Positions 36,201-50,955 of a DNA stretch of 64,000 nt are shown here, in pieces. The position numbers and the translations under genes are program-made. The first letter of the stretch is position 1. Every line of letters begins with the position of its first letter. Location: assembly GCA_964016885.1 (NCBI GenBank), contig OZ024742.1, positions 202,802,001-202,866,000 of the forward strand. The letters run 5' to 3'. Origin of the DNA: Eledone cirrhosa (taxonomy: Eukaryota). The notes under the pieces were generated by a model that saw nothing but the letters and a program-made list of their open reading frames with translations, ran no database searches and was not told the DNA's origin.

Positions 36201-36411
36201 TTGAAATATAACAAAGGAATACAATAGACAAAATCCATGGGGCTGAAAAATCAGAGACCGAACATTCAGCATCTTCTACCCTGGTCGGCTGCCCTCACAC
36301 CACCAACTACACAAACGAAGATGTGTGAGTTCCATTACGTTGAGTGCATTCCATAATATTAGTTCTATCCAGTGGTAAACTAACAAACCTAAATAAATAT
36401 ATATATATATG

Positions 36412-36563
36412 GAGGTCCCACGGCAAAAAAGCACCCAGCACTCACTGTAAATGAGGTTGGTGTTAGGAAGAGCATCCAGCTGTAGAAATCAAGCCAGAAT
36501 CAGTTCCCGTCCCACCCTTGCAAGCAGGGAAAAGCGGGCGTAAAACGATGATGATGATGATGA

Positions 36564-36567
<4 letters not shown>
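36412..36567 (+). mobile_element. Bipartite non-autonomous element: RTE UTR motif + RTE family B 3' end
   Basis: GGTGTTAGGAAGAGCATCCAGC followed by CCCGTCCCACCCTTGCAAGCAGGGAAAAGCGG..GTAAAA(GAT)n, which is the 3' end of the LINE at 50956. Confidence 0.8.
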
Positions 36568-36601
<34 letters not shown>

Positions 36602-36795
36602 GTGGGTTTTTTTTTACAAAATGAAAAAAAGATGAGGGGTCCTGCACGAGTGAAAGTATAAGGAAAAAAGAGGAAATCGAAAATGCAACTGGAGTCTTTT
36701 GTTTTTAAATATATATTTATTTGGTTCCTTTACAGGTTTGCAGTTCTTGTGCTTTTGAAAAGTAGAATTGAGATAAAGGGTTTGTGGTTTTTCTC

Positions 36796-36832
<37 letters not shown>

Positions 36833-37929
36833 GGAATGCTGTTCGCTTTTCGCTGCAGTGTTTTCTATACCTTTCATTTATATATATATATATACATTAA
36901 AACCAAATTCTAAATTTGCTTTCAGCAAAGCTAGCCATAAAATCACTCAGTATGCAAATTAGGCTAATCATCCGACGTGTACTTCAGAGAATACTATATA
37001 TTCTCAAGAGTTATGGTGAGTGACAGAAAAGAGATACACAATCTTGACAAAGGGCAATAACTCAGAAACAACATTATCGATTATATCTCTAGAACAAAAG
37101 GATGGTGATGGACATCTGAAAAACAGAATAAGCTTGGTTTGCAAAGAATCGAATAAGATATAAGGGCCTTGCACGATGCCAATCCCACTATCTGAACATC
37201 GAACACATTTGCTGAAAAAGAAGAACTGATCTACATCATTGGAAGCAAACGAAGTTGAAGGTTTTATATCGGAGTGACTTTCTCCTAGAGAGATGTCTTA
37301 ATGAAGACTAGAAGTCTTAAGCTCCACAAAAAAAAGGTATATGTAAATATACACACGTAAATACATATATAGATATACACATGTACATACATACAAATAT
37401 ACACATACATACATAAACATACACCCATATATATACACATACATAGCTACACACATACATCTACATACATATATCAACGCACATGTGCATGCATGCACAA
37501 TATTGCTCTCTCTCTCTCTGTCATTCTCTCTCAGTGCCTCTCTGTTTCTCTCTCTCTGTATTGTAATGTCATCAGATTAGCCTGAACTCACTAGTTGACA
37601 TATGTCAGATTTCAAACTTAACCAATCAAATGTTGGCATTCTGAATGTCAGATCGCTAAAGTGTCATGGTTTGGTGAACACGTAGTGCATGGCGATGCAC
37701 ATGTCATTGTCAGTAAATAGTCAGACACACAAGCAGACAGACAGACAGACTGACAGAGAAGCTGTATGGTATATGTTACCGAAAGCTGACATCCGGAGGG
37801 GAATGTGTGAGGATGATATCAATAATGTCATACTGCGCACTTTGGTGCAATGTTTCGTACTGTGTCTACATGCAGCTATGCAGCTGTCATGGAATGTTTG
37901 TGTGAATATGTCTGTGTATGAATGGATGC

Positions 37930-37973
<44 letters not shown>

Positions 37974-39092
37974 AGATGTTTGTATGTAAGTTTATATGTA
38001 TGCATGGTATGTATATGTATGTATGTGTATGTATATATATATATATGTATGTAATAATGTATTTTTGTATGTAATCATGGTATGTATATATAGGTATGGA
38101 TGTTTGTATGTAAAAATATATATGTATGAATGGTATGTATATATATGTATGTATATATGTTTGTATGTAAGTATATATGTATGCATGGTTTGTATACATA
38201 TGTATGTATTTCTATATGTATATGTTCATGGATGTATATTGTGTATATATGTGCATGTATATTTTTTATGTATTTCTGAATGTATATAAGTATATATGTA
38301 TGAGCATGTATATATATGAAGTAATTCCGTCGTAAAGTTACAGTATCCTGTTTCCAGTAGAAAGTTGCTGTCCTCTGCATCTTTACAGCAGTCTGTTCTA
38401 AGTTCTTGTGCAACATGGGCTCTCTATTATGCAAAACAGCCCTTATGCATGAAATCGCATTGCCCCGGAGGAAGGGGTGAAGAAGAAGATGCTTTGGTTC
38501 ATTCATCCCACTTATTGCATTTTCTTTAAGTGCAACTTTGCTATATATATGTATATATATATATATATATGTATGTATGAAAGCTTGTATGTAAGTATAT
38601 ATGCATACATAGTATGTATATATATATGCATAGTATGTATATATATATGCATACATAGTATGTATATACATGTATGTATGGATGTTTGTTTGTAAGTATG
38701 TAAGTATATACCAACCCAAACCAAACAGTGTGTTCTGTTATTATTTCTACCAATATTATAACAATATGACCCTCCCCAAATAACAATATATATATATATA
38801 TATATATATATCATTATCACCACGTCCATATTTCCACGCTAGCATGGGTTAGATGCGTAGTCCTGTTGTGAGCAATGACATGTCAGGTGATCATGTCTTG
38901 CTCATACAAACTGATTTTAGCTTGGTATCTACAGCTGGATGCCCTTCCTAACGCCAACCTCATTCTCAGTGAGTACTGCGTGCTTTTTGTCATGACACCA
39001 ACACGACCACTTTACAATGTGGGCTGGGTACTTTTTGCATGTCATAATTACAACTGCATTACAGCGTGAGCTGGGCGCAGTTTGTCATGTCA

Positions 39093-39139
<47 letters not shown>

Positions 39140-39142
<3 letters not shown>

Positions 39143-42100
39143 TCGTTATCATCATCAACGTTTAACGTCCGTGTTCCACGCTTGCATGGGTTTGGACCCA
39201 CTTGAGGCAAGAGTGATTGTCTTGCTCGCATAGGACTATCTGGCAGGTTTTCTACAGTTGGATGCCCTTCCTAACACCAACCACATTTACAGTGTGGGTC
39301 TGGGAGGTTTTTACCGTGTTGCCTACACGGCCACATTACAGCGTGGACTGTGTGTTTTTTTGTCGTGACACCTACACGATCTCATTTGTTTCGGCCCGGA
39401 TGGCGCGGCACCAACATAACTTTACATAGAACGGGGTGGTGTGGATGGGGTGGGGGTGGTGGGACGGGGTGTATTTTGTTAGAGATGCCTACTGGCTGTA
39501 GTAGGTTTTACTATGTATTTAGGTAAGGCGGGTCTTCTCTGTTACTGAGTACCGCCAAAGGTCTCGGTCCAGTGACATTGTCTTGGTGAGGTGTAAGTGT
39601 GTGAGGTCGGAGTTTATCAGCTCGTCCCAGGTTTTTCTAGGTCTGCCTATTCCGTGGCTACCGTCTATCTTTATTGCCCTGCACTTTGTTATACAGCTAT
39701 CGACTTTCATGCGCATCACGTGTCCATACCATCGTAGCCTTCTCTCGAGTAAACAACATCTGATCCCTCTTATTTCTAATTTTTTCCTTAGTTCGTTTAT
39801 GCTTTGTTACACATCCAGCGGAGCATGCAAGCTTCATTCCTCTCTAGTCTGCGTATATCCTCTGCACACAATGCCCAGGTCTCACTGCCATGCAACATTG
39901 CTGTTCGTATGCAGGCATCGTACAACCTGCCTTTCATTTTTAGGGAGAACCCTTTAGCAGCTAATAGTGGTATAAGCTCTCTGAACTTTTTCCAACCAGT
40001 TCTGACTCTAGCTACTGTACTTTCAGAGCACCCTCCCCCACTGCTGATTTTATCGCCCAGGTAACGGAAGCTGTCCACTATTTCTATAGAACCCTCTGCG
40101 CAATTGAAAGAGCTAGTATTTTGTGGGCACTTGCTGCTACTTATTGCACCAGAGCACCGGCCACATGTAAAATCTATGTTCTTAGTTAGCTTACCTGTGA
40201 TCCCACTACATCTTTTATGCACCCATACTTTGCATTTAGGACATAAAATGGAGTTTCTACCTACGCCTTTCCTACACACCGAGCACGACCATATCCCAGA
40301 AGGGACCGCCGCCTTGTTTTCTTTCCTACAAACTAGAACTTTAGTCTTAGCCAGGTTAATTTTAAGTCCTTTTGATTCTAGGCCGTGCTTCCATGTTTGG
40401 AATTTCTTCTCTAGCTCGGCCATTGATTCCGCTATGAGTGTCAGGTCGTCTGCGTATAGGAGTTCCCATGGGCAGCCGGTCTTGAACTCCTCTGTTATAG
40501 CCTGAAGGGCAATAATAAATAGTAGGGGGCTGAGAACAGAGCCCTGATGGACGCCAACTTTTACGCTAACCTCTTCACTATATTCGTTGTTAATTCTAAC
40601 CTTGCTGACTGTTTCTGTATACATGGCTTGTATAGCCCTCACAAGCCATTCGTCAACGCCTAGTTTTCTAAGAGCCCACCAGATAATGGAGTGGGGGACT
40701 CTGTCGAAGACTTTCTCCAAGTCGACAAAAGCTAAGTAGAGGGGTTTACCTTTAGCTAGGTACTTCTCCTGTAGTTGTCGTACAATGAAAAGAGCGTCTG
40801 TGGTACTTTTGCCTGACACAAACCCGAACTGCATTTCATCTAGGTCAATTCTCTCTCTGATTAGTTGCGCTATTACTTTTTCCGTGACCTTCATGACCTG
40901 GTCGATTAATTTAATGCCTCTATAGTTACTCCTATCTAGGGCGTCTCCTTTACCCTTATAACAGTTAACGATGATGCTGCTATGCCAGTCCTTCGGAACA
41001 ACCCCATTCTGTACGACTTGGTTAACTATGCGGGTGACCATGGTGTGTCCCACCGTGCCAGATGCCTTCAGCATCTCAGCAACTATTTCCGAAGGCCCAG
41101 CCGCCTTACCCGTCTTCATATCCTTGATTGCCTTACTTATTATACTCCCCTCGACTAACACTGCTGGTCCCTCTGTTGGGTCGATATGGGGGAGACTGTC
41201 TTTCTCCCATTTATTCTCCTCATTTAGTAGCCTTTCATAGTGACACTTCCAAGCTACCTTCTTATCAGCGTCGGTGATGGCAAGTATGCCATCATCGTTA
41301 AGTACACACTTCTCCCCGACAATATCACGGTTTTCCTTGACGCATTGCCTAGCAATCCTGAACACCTCACGTTTTTGGTCCTCGCGTTTTAGAACATGCT
41401 TGAACTTTCTTTCCTCTGCTTCCCTTCTTGCTAAGTACACTTGTCTCCTAGCTTCCCTCCTGGCCACTTGATAGTCTTCTCTACTTTCCCCATCCCGCCA
41501 TACTTTCCAAGCCTGCTTTTTGGCCTTAATTGACCCCTCCACCTTACTGTTCCACCACCATGTTACTCTCCTCCTGCCTGCAGGCCTGCTCCAGCCACAG
41601 ACTTCGTCTGTCGCCATCAGCAGGTTTGCTTTCAGAAATTCCCACTGTCCCTCTATATTGTTCGACTCTAAATGTTCTTCCTTACTGTTGAAAGCATCAA
41701 GTAATATGCTTTGAAATTTATTTCTGGCTGTGGGGTCCTTTAGCTTCCATATTTTTCTCCTGAGGATAGTCCTCTTCTGCTGTCGAGTACGTCTCGTCCT
41801 GACTATGAGGTCGCTAATTATCAGTCTATGTTGGGAGGTGCATTCTTCATGGGGGAGGCATTTAGTGTTTACAACAGACACTCTGTCACGTCTTCTGGTA
41901 AGGATATAATCTACCTGGCTTGTGTGTTCCCCGGATCTATAGGTGATCAGGTGATTGTCACGTTTTTTGAAGTTAGTGTTACAGATAGTTAGGTTATTTG
42001 CATCACAGAATTCCAGGATTCTGGAGCCTTCCTCATTTCTAGTACCAAACCCATAGCCTCCATGGATTTCGTCGTAGCCGTCACAATGTTGTCCAACGTG

Positions 42101-42955
42101 ACCATTTAGGTCGCCTGCAATAATTATATTGTCACTGTCGGATATTTTGGAGGTAGTTAGCATCAGTGTCTCATAGAATCTGTCTTTTATAGTGCCGGGC
42201 AGTCCGGATTGGGGTGCGTATGCAGATATTACTGTCACCGTAGTTCTATTGAGGACAAGTCGTATTTTAATTATTCTGTCGTTCATTCTATTTACGTCAA
42301 TTATCTTATCTGCCCACTTTTCTGCTACCATGATTCCTACTCCACCCATCCCATCGTCGTTTCCCACCCAGAAAAGCTTATAACATCGTTTTTTACCCTC
42401 AATGAATCTAGCAGACCCACCCCTCCACCTGGTCTCTTGGATACAACAAACATCGACCTCCTTACGTTCAAGCATTTCTACAACCTTGTTAGCGCGACCC
42501 TTTAGGGTGCCTACATTTACGGTACCAACTCTGAAGTTTTGGATTGCGTTTGGAGGGTGGGGGCGGTGGGGGGGCGGGGGGAGATGGGGTTATGTTAGCC
42601 GTCCGCGGTCGAAACAAAGAGGAGTGCTCGCATTCTCGTCCACGAGGTGAATTTGTCTTTAACTTTGGCATTTTCGCTGAGCGTCCAGATTTTTCTCTCC
42701 CTTCCACTCTCCAGGATTGCGCAGTCCATCCATCCATCCATCATATATCGAAAGGCAACCGGGCAAGCGATAGTATAGGCCTCTGGCTTATGATTGGTCT
42801 GCGTAATAATAATGGTGATACGTGGGGGCTCTGGCTTATGATTGGTCCACGTAATAACAATGGTGGTGTGTGGGGACGGGTGGGAGGGGTGTCGGGTAGC
42901 TAGCTGGAAGGTTAGGATTGTTTAACAAGCGATTAACAAAAAACAAAAATGCAAG
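39140..42955 (-). mobile_element. RTE LINE family A copy 2 (5'-truncated within first monomer)
   Basis: Highly similar to 7946-11800, with the same 3' UTR and tail; (TA)n flanks. Confidence 0.93.
39519..42730 (-). pseudogene. RTE family A ORF, frameshifted (main piece 39797-42475)
   Basis: A ~19-bp deletion near 39806 relative to copy 1 (GCCGTTCACGTATATTACT missing) and a frameshift in the G-rich tract near 42565. Confidence 0.9.
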
Positions 42956-42956
42956 A

Positions 42957-43088
<132 letters not shown>

Positions 43089-43090
43089 TA

Positions 43091-46000
43091 TCATCATCAT
43101 CATTTTACGTCCGCTTTTCCCTGCTTGCAAGGGTGGGACGGGTCTTATTCAGCACAGCATCTCTCCACTCGTCACAGTCCCTCGTCATCTCCGCCGTGAG
43201 CTTCAATGATCTGAGGTCTGTTCTCACCACCTCCGCCCATGTTTTTCGTGGTCTACCTCTACCACGTCTTCCTTCAACTGGCATTTCCTGGCACTTCTTC
43301 ACCCATCGGTCATCCTCCATGCGCATCACATGTCCATACCACCTCAGTCTCCTCTCCCGTACACTACATTCTATCCCTCTCAGACACAGTTTCTCTCTCA
43401 ACACATTTATGCTGGGTCGTTCACGCACATTTACACTGCACATCCAATGGAGCATGCTTGCCTCATTTCTCTCCAGCCGTCGCATATCCTCTGCGGTTGC
43501 TGCCCATGTCTCACTACCATGCAGCATCGCGCTCCTCACACAGGCATCATACAACCGGCCTTTCGTACGCAGGGACAAACCCTTCTTCGTCTACAGTGGA
43601 AGCAGCTCCCTAAACTTCTTCCAACCCGTCCTTATTCTAGATACTATGGCCTCTGAACACCCTCCTCCCATGCTAATCTTATCTCCTAGGTACCGGAAGC
43701 TATCCACCACTTCTATAGCGCCCTCTCGCATTTGAAAAATGTGTCTATCAGTGCGACTTCTACTGTCTAATTTCCCTGTACATCTACTGCATACATATTT
43801 CTCCCTACCCGTTAGTTTGCCTGCTATCCCGCTACATCTCTTGTGTACCCAGGACCTGCATTGTGTGCATTTTATAGAATTTATGCCAGTTCCTTTTCTG
43901 CATATCGAACATGGCCATTTCCCTGACGGAATCAGGGTTTTGTCCTCTTTTCTACTCATCAACACTTTTGTCTTAGCTAGATTTACTCTCAGTCCTCTTG
44001 CTTCCAACTGCTGTTTCCATAGCCGGAATTTATTCTCTAGCTCCTCTACTGATTCTGCTATAAGAGCCAGATCGTCAGCATAGAGAAGTTCCCATGGACA
44101 GCCAGTCTTAAACTCCTCTGTTATGGCTTGGAGGACTATAATGAACAAGAGCGGGCTGAGGACCGAACCCTCATGTACTCCTACTTGTATCTGGAATTCC
44201 TCACTAAACTCCATTCCTACCCTGACTTTACTGAGAGTACCTCTGTACAAAGTTTGCACTGTCCTCACAAGCCATTCCTCAACACCTAGCTTCCTTAGGG
44301 ACCACCAGATGACAGATCGGGGTACCCTATCAAAGGCCTTCTCTAGGTCAACAAAGGCTAAGTATAGTGGCTTATTCTTCTCTAAGAATCTCTCTTGCAT
44401 TTGTCTCACCAAGAAGAGGGCATCTGTTGTACTCTTCCCAGGCACAAAACCAAACTGCATCTCATCTAGTTTGACCCTTTCTCTAATTAGTTGTGCTAAA
44501 ATCCTTTCTGCCACTTTCATAACCTGATCTATCAGTTTTATACCCCTATAATTGCTCCTCTCCAAAGCATCCCCTTTACCTTTGTAGCAATTTATGAGAA
44601 TACTGCTGCACCAGTCTTTGGGTATGACACCACCATATATAGCCTGATTGATGATGCGTGCAACCAGTTTACTGCCTACGTCCCCTGATGCCTTCAGCAT
44701 CTCAGCAACTATTCCCGATGGTCCGGCCACCTTACCATTTTTCATTTCCCTAATCGCTCTTGGACCCTATATTCGTCAATCTCAATAGCTGGTCCCTCTG
44801 TCGGATCTACCAAGGGTAATTTCTCTCTCTCCCATTCGTTCTCCACATTCATCAGTCTCTCATAATGACATTTCCAGGCCTCCTTTTTCTGGTCATTCAT
44901 GACACTAAGTACACCGGCATCATCCCGGACACATTTATCTCCAACAACATCCTGATTTGCATTGACACACTGCCTTGCAATGTGGAACACCGCACGCCTC
45001 TGATCTTCCCGTCGCAGAACATTGGCAAATCTCCTACTCTCTGCCTCCCTGCGTGCTAAGTACACCTGACGTCTAGCTTCTCTCTTAGTGGCTGTATATT
45101 CTTCCCTACTCCCACCCTTTTTCCAAGCCTTCCATGCTAGTCTTTTGTCTCTAATAGCCTTATCTACTGTGCTGTTCCACCACCAGGTCACTCTCTGTCT
45201 GGTTGGAGCTCTGCTCCAGCCACAGGTTTCATCAGTAGCCTGCAGCAAGTTGTCACATAAGAACTTCCAGTTATTATCTATGTCATACGTCTCTAAATCG
45301 TCTTCTTTTTCGTCATATACATCTTGAAGGGCTTTCCTAAATTTGTATTTTAGTGAAAGGTCTTTTAGCTTCCAGACCTTTCTTCTCCACACCTTCCTAT
45401 ATGTCTCATTCCATCTCTTGCTTACTGAGATATCACTAACAACTAACCTATGCTGTGGGGTACATTCTTCCCCAGGGTATGCCTTGGTATTAGACACTAT
45501 CTGCCTGTCCCGCTGCCTAACTAGCAGGAAGTCAATCTGGCTTATGTGCTCACCAGATTTGTAGGTTATTAGGTGATTGGCAGGTTTCTGGAAGTTTGTG
45601 TTGCAAATAGTCAATGTACTCGCATCACAAAATTCAAGAAGTCTCACTCCTTCTTCATTTCTTGAACCGTAACCGTGCCCACCATGTACCCCAGTGTAAC
45701 CATCCTGGAGCTGTCCAACATGACCATTGAAGTCTCCTGCTAGCATAACGATGTCTCCGTCCTCTGTCATTGTGGTTGTTTGCAAAAGTTGCTCATAAAA
45801 GCAGTCTTTCTCATCTTTGCCTAGGCCTGCTTGGGGAGCATAGACCGAGATGATTGTCAGTAGTCTCCTACCTACAACTAATCTAAGCTTAATTATTCGA
45901 TTACTAACTCGAACTACCTCTATTGTCTTATTGATCCATTTCTCAGCCAGGAAAATGCCTACTCCCCCTAACCCATCATCCTTACCTACCCAGAATAGCT

Positions 46001-46536
46001 TATAGCTAAGACGCTTGCCTACGACTAGTCTCGCAGAGGCACCTCTCCATCTCACCTCTTGCACACAGCACACATCCACCTGCCTTCTCTCCAGCATCTC
46101 CGCTATTTCAGCAGATCTACCTCTGAGAGTGCCAACATTAAGTGTTGCAACTCTGAGATGCGACATCTTCATATTTTGTTGTTCCTATGCTGTTTTGTTG
46201 CTGTGCTGATAAGCGATTTGGCATTGATACACTGGTTGGATGCCCTTCCTAACACCAGCGCCACTTTACAGCATGGACGGGGTGCTTTTATTTGTGCCAC
46301 CAGCACTAGAGAGGATGTCTTACTAGACTCAAGGGCCCTCTCTACCCCTCCATTTTACAGCATGGTCATTAAAAAAAAAAAAAAAAAAAACTTATTGACA
46401 CGACGCACACACAAACACTCACACACCAATACTCATGCATACAAACCACAACCACACATACCAACACTCATTCATGCATACAATCACACACACCACTCAC
46501 AAACACATATATATACATATATTACCGACAGTACTA
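43091..46536 (-). mobile_element. RTE LINE family B copy 1 (disrupted ORF)
   Basis: ORF pieces 44742-46172, 43591-44745 and 43105-43578. A 1-bp deletion near 44756 and a TAG stop at 43591 relative to copy 2. (GAT)n tail follows the stop directly. Confidence 0.93.
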
Positions 46537-46562
46537 TATATATGTATATATATATATATATA

Positions 46563-46635
<73 letters not shown>

Positions 46636-47314
46636 TGGGAGCCTGATGTGGATTCCAGATATAAGGTATGACTCTCTTTATTATTATTATTTTTTATATG
46701 AAATACTGATTGATCTTCCTTGTATCCCATGTCTGATTTAGCCTTAGAGAATAGCTATGTGTATATGGGTGATCCATACATATATTTATTATGTTTTAAT
46801 ATCTCTGTGTGTGCATTGGTTGTGTATACATATGGTTATTCTTTTAAATTTCCAATTGAGTTCTTATACAGGTGGTTAATACCTAACAGGTTTAATTGAC
46901 CAGCGTGTATATTGTTTTATTTTAAGATGACTTCCCTTTACCCCTTTGGGGACAGTGTGTATTTTTTCTTTGGGAGAACTGCTAGATTCTAATCTACCAG
47001 TCTCTTCTTAGCGCTGAGGGAGACCATCACTTTTCTGTTAATGTCGATATAATTCTTATATCGTTATTAATTGGGCATAACCTGGAAATTATTTATCCCA
47101 AATTGTAGAAATCTTATAACGAAATGGCCGTCTGGAAGAAATGAGATATTTATTTAATAATGTCTCATATAAAATAATACAACCAATTATCCACAAAATA
47201 CTGATTAGTTATCACCCCAAACACTAAATTGGGATAATACTTAAGTATATCCTAATGTTTGTTGAGTGAGATGGAGTTGATCGGAGTATCGCTTAAGGCT
47301 TTCTCTGTTTATGT

Positions 47315-47351
<37 letters not shown>

Positions 47352-47471
47352 GTATATATATATATATATATATATATGCCAATGACTTACTATGTCACCT
47401 GGCATTCCTAATGATTTCACATGAATGAATTAGTTCTTGTACTGTAGAATCTATTTCTATATTAAATTCTG

Positions 47472-47505
<34 letters not shown>

Positions 47506-47709
47506 AGATGTAGAGATTTTTTTTCCCCTTATGTTTATTAATTCATATTTGTGTGGAGTGTATATGTAGACAAAATGTGAAAGAATCAGCCTACCAGTTA
47601 GTTGTGCTCAACGTGGTTGGTAGAATTATGTAATATAAGCATCCAGATGTTGAATCATTGAGTATAGTACAAGGTTCCGAAAAGAATTTCACGGAGTAAT
47701 TTAATTTAA

Positions 47710-47899
47710 ATAATTGTTTCTACTTTAGGCACAAGGCCAGCAATTACCCAGTGCATTACTGGTACTTTATTTTATCGACCCCATAAGGATGAAAGACAAA
47801 GTCAATCTCGGCGGGATTTGAACTCAGATCGTAAAGGGACGTAACTATGCTGGAAAGCATAGCATCCGACCCTCTACCGATACTGCCAATCCACCGCCC
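47710..47899 (-). mobile_element. SINE family 1, full-length
   Basis: Complete head, body and tail, with TAATTTAAT-like flanks. Confidence 0.85.
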
Positions 47900-47967
47900 T
47901 AATTTAATATAAATAATATAATCCAATTTGATTCTGGCCTTACTTCAACATTTTCACAGAAGTTCAT

Positions 47968-48079
47968 TTCTCTCTGATGATCCGCTGGACACATTACGAA
48001 TGAGTTAATAATGGGAGGACTTGTCAGATTCAGCACTTGTAGGTGATTACGTAACAGCGTTGAAACACATGTTAAGGAA
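47968..48079 (+). ncRNA. Decayed type I hammerhead with long stem II loop
   Basis: UUCUCU-CUGAUGA-UC-CGCUG...CAGCG-UU-GAAA-CACAUG-UU-AAGGAA. Stem III ACACAUGU is one CpG-type transition away from the palindrome ACACGUGU. Confidence 0.5.
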
Positions 48080-48194
48080 TATGATGTAACAAATGTCTCT
48101 TCAAATCTCATCTCTTCCTGCCTAGTTTTTCCTAATACTCTACTTATACTATATATCTAGAGAGAGAGAGTGCCCACCAAAAATATGTATACAC

Positions 48195-49260
48195 TTCGTG
48201 GATTTTATTCTATAACCTTCTCTCGATTTTTATTCTATTTTATTCTATTTTAATTTTTATAAAATAACCTCCTCGCTCGTTTAATTATGGTTGAAATTCT
48301 AGGATTTTATAAAATAACCTTCCTGCACCCTACTATTCTTCACTCCCCCTACCCCCTATACATCGTATATGCACCTGCTGGCTCTCTCTCAATCCCATCC
48401 CCTCTCTCTTCAAAATTAAAATAAACTTGTTGCGGGGTACGAAACTCAGAATTTGTCGAACTCTATTCTTGGCTACATCGCTCGCTCGCTCTTCTGTGTA
48501 ATGTAATGTACGAATCCTATTTTTCTCGTCTCTCCATGTTCCTCGATCCATTCATCTATCTGTATCATATTGTTCAGAATCCAATCTTTTCTTTTTCAAT
48601 GCTATTTGATAATTCTGTCTGATCGTTCAAAATAATCTTCTTGTATTTTAAAATCCCATAATTCCTCTCTTATTACAGTTATATGCTCATTCGATTATGG
48701 CCAAAATTCGTGGATTTTATTTTATAACCATCTCGCTAACTACCCCAGTTATATGCTCGTTCAATTATGGCCAAAATTCGTGGATTTTATCCTATAAACT
48801 TCTCTCGATTTTTATTCTATTTTATTCTATTTTTATTTTTATAAAATAACCTCCTCACTCGTTTAATTATGGTCGAAATTCTAGGATTTTATAAAACAAC
48901 CTTCTACACTCCCCCTCCCCCTTATATATCGTATATACGCGACTGCTGGCTCTCTCTCAATCCCATCCCCTCTCTCTTCAAAATTAAAATAAACTTGTTG
49001 CGGGGTACGAAACTCAGAATTTGTCGACCCCTATTCTTGGCTACATCGCTTGCTCGCTCTTCTGTGTAATGTAATGTACGAATCCTATTTTTCTCGTCTC
49101 TCCATGTTCCCCGGTCCATTCATCTATCTGTATCATATCGTTCAGAATCCAATCTTTTTTTTTTCAATGCTATTCGATAATTCTGTCTGATCGTTCAAAA
49201 TAATCTTTTTGTATTTTAAAATGCCATAATTCTTCTCTTATTACAGTTATATGCTCGTTC
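48195..49260. repeat. ~570-bp tandem repeat (~2 units) running into the gap
   Basis: 48195-48720 recurs at 48777-49260, with internal sub-repeats (AATTATGGCCAAAATTCGTGGATTTTAT). Confidence 0.85.
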
Positions 49261-49460
49261 NNNNNNNNNNNNNNNNNNNNNNNNNNNNNNNNNNNNNNNN
49301 NNNNNNNNNNNNNNNNNNNNNNNNNNNNNNNNNNNNNNNNNNNNNNNNNNNNNNNNNNNNNNNNNNNNNNNNNNNNNNNNNNNNNNNNNNNNNNNNNNNN
49401 NNNNNNNNNNNNNNNNNNNNNNNNNNNNNNNNNNNNNNNNNNNNNNNNNNNNNNNNNNNN
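49261..49460. other. Assembly gap (200 N)
   Basis: Run of N. Confidence 1.
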
Positions 49461-49492
49461 ATATATATATATATATTATATATAATATATTA

Positions 49493-49530
<38 letters not shown>

Positions 49531-49584
49531 TATATATATATAATATATATATATATATAATATATATATATATATAATATATAT

Positions 49585-49641
<57 letters not shown>

Positions 49642-49647
49642 ATATAT

Positions 49648-49690
<43 letters not shown>

Positions 49691-49701
49691 TGTATATATA
49701 T

Positions 49702-49769
<68 letters not shown>

Positions 49770-49780
49770 TATATATATAA

Positions 49781-49812
<32 letters not shown>

Positions 49813-49863
49813 ATATATAAATATATATATAATATATATATATATAATATATATATATATATA

Positions 49864-49966
<103 letters not shown>

Positions 49967-49980
49967 CATCATCATCATAT

Positions 49981-50045
<65 letters not shown>

Positions 50046-50074
50046 TATATATATAATATATATATATAATATAT

Positions 50075-50106
<32 letters not shown>

Positions 50107-50526
50107 ATATATATATATATATATAATATATATAATATATACATATATATATATATATAATATATATATATAATATATATAATATATACATATATATATA
50201 TATATAATATATATATATATAATATATATATATATAATATATATATATATAATATATATATATATAATATATATATATATTATATATATATAATATATAT
50301 ATATATAATATATATATATATAATATATATATATATTATATATATATAATATATATATATATAATATATATATATAATATATATATATATAATATATATA
50401 TAATATATATAATATATATAATATATATATATAATATATATATATATATAATATATATATATATAATATACAATATATATATAATGTATATATATGTATA
50501 ATATATATATATAATATATATATAAT

Positions 50527-50559
<33 letters not shown>

Positions 50560-50955
50560 ATATATATATAATATATATATATATATAATATATAATATAT
50601 ATATATAATATATATATATATATAATATATAATATATATATAATATATATATAATATATATATAATATATATATAATATATATATATAATATATATATAA
50701 TATATATATATATAATATATATATATAATATATATATATATAATATATATATATAATATATATATAATATATATATATATAATATATATATATAATATAT
50801 ATATATAATATATATATAATAATATATAATATATATATATAATATATATATATATAAGATATATATAATATATATATATAATATATATATATAATATATA
50901 TATAATATATATATATATAATATATAATATATATATAATATATATAATATATATA

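Noticed and set aside
37290-37330. TTAATGA-AGACT[AGA]AGTCT-TAAGC
   Set aside because: Both core segments deviate at several invariant positions.
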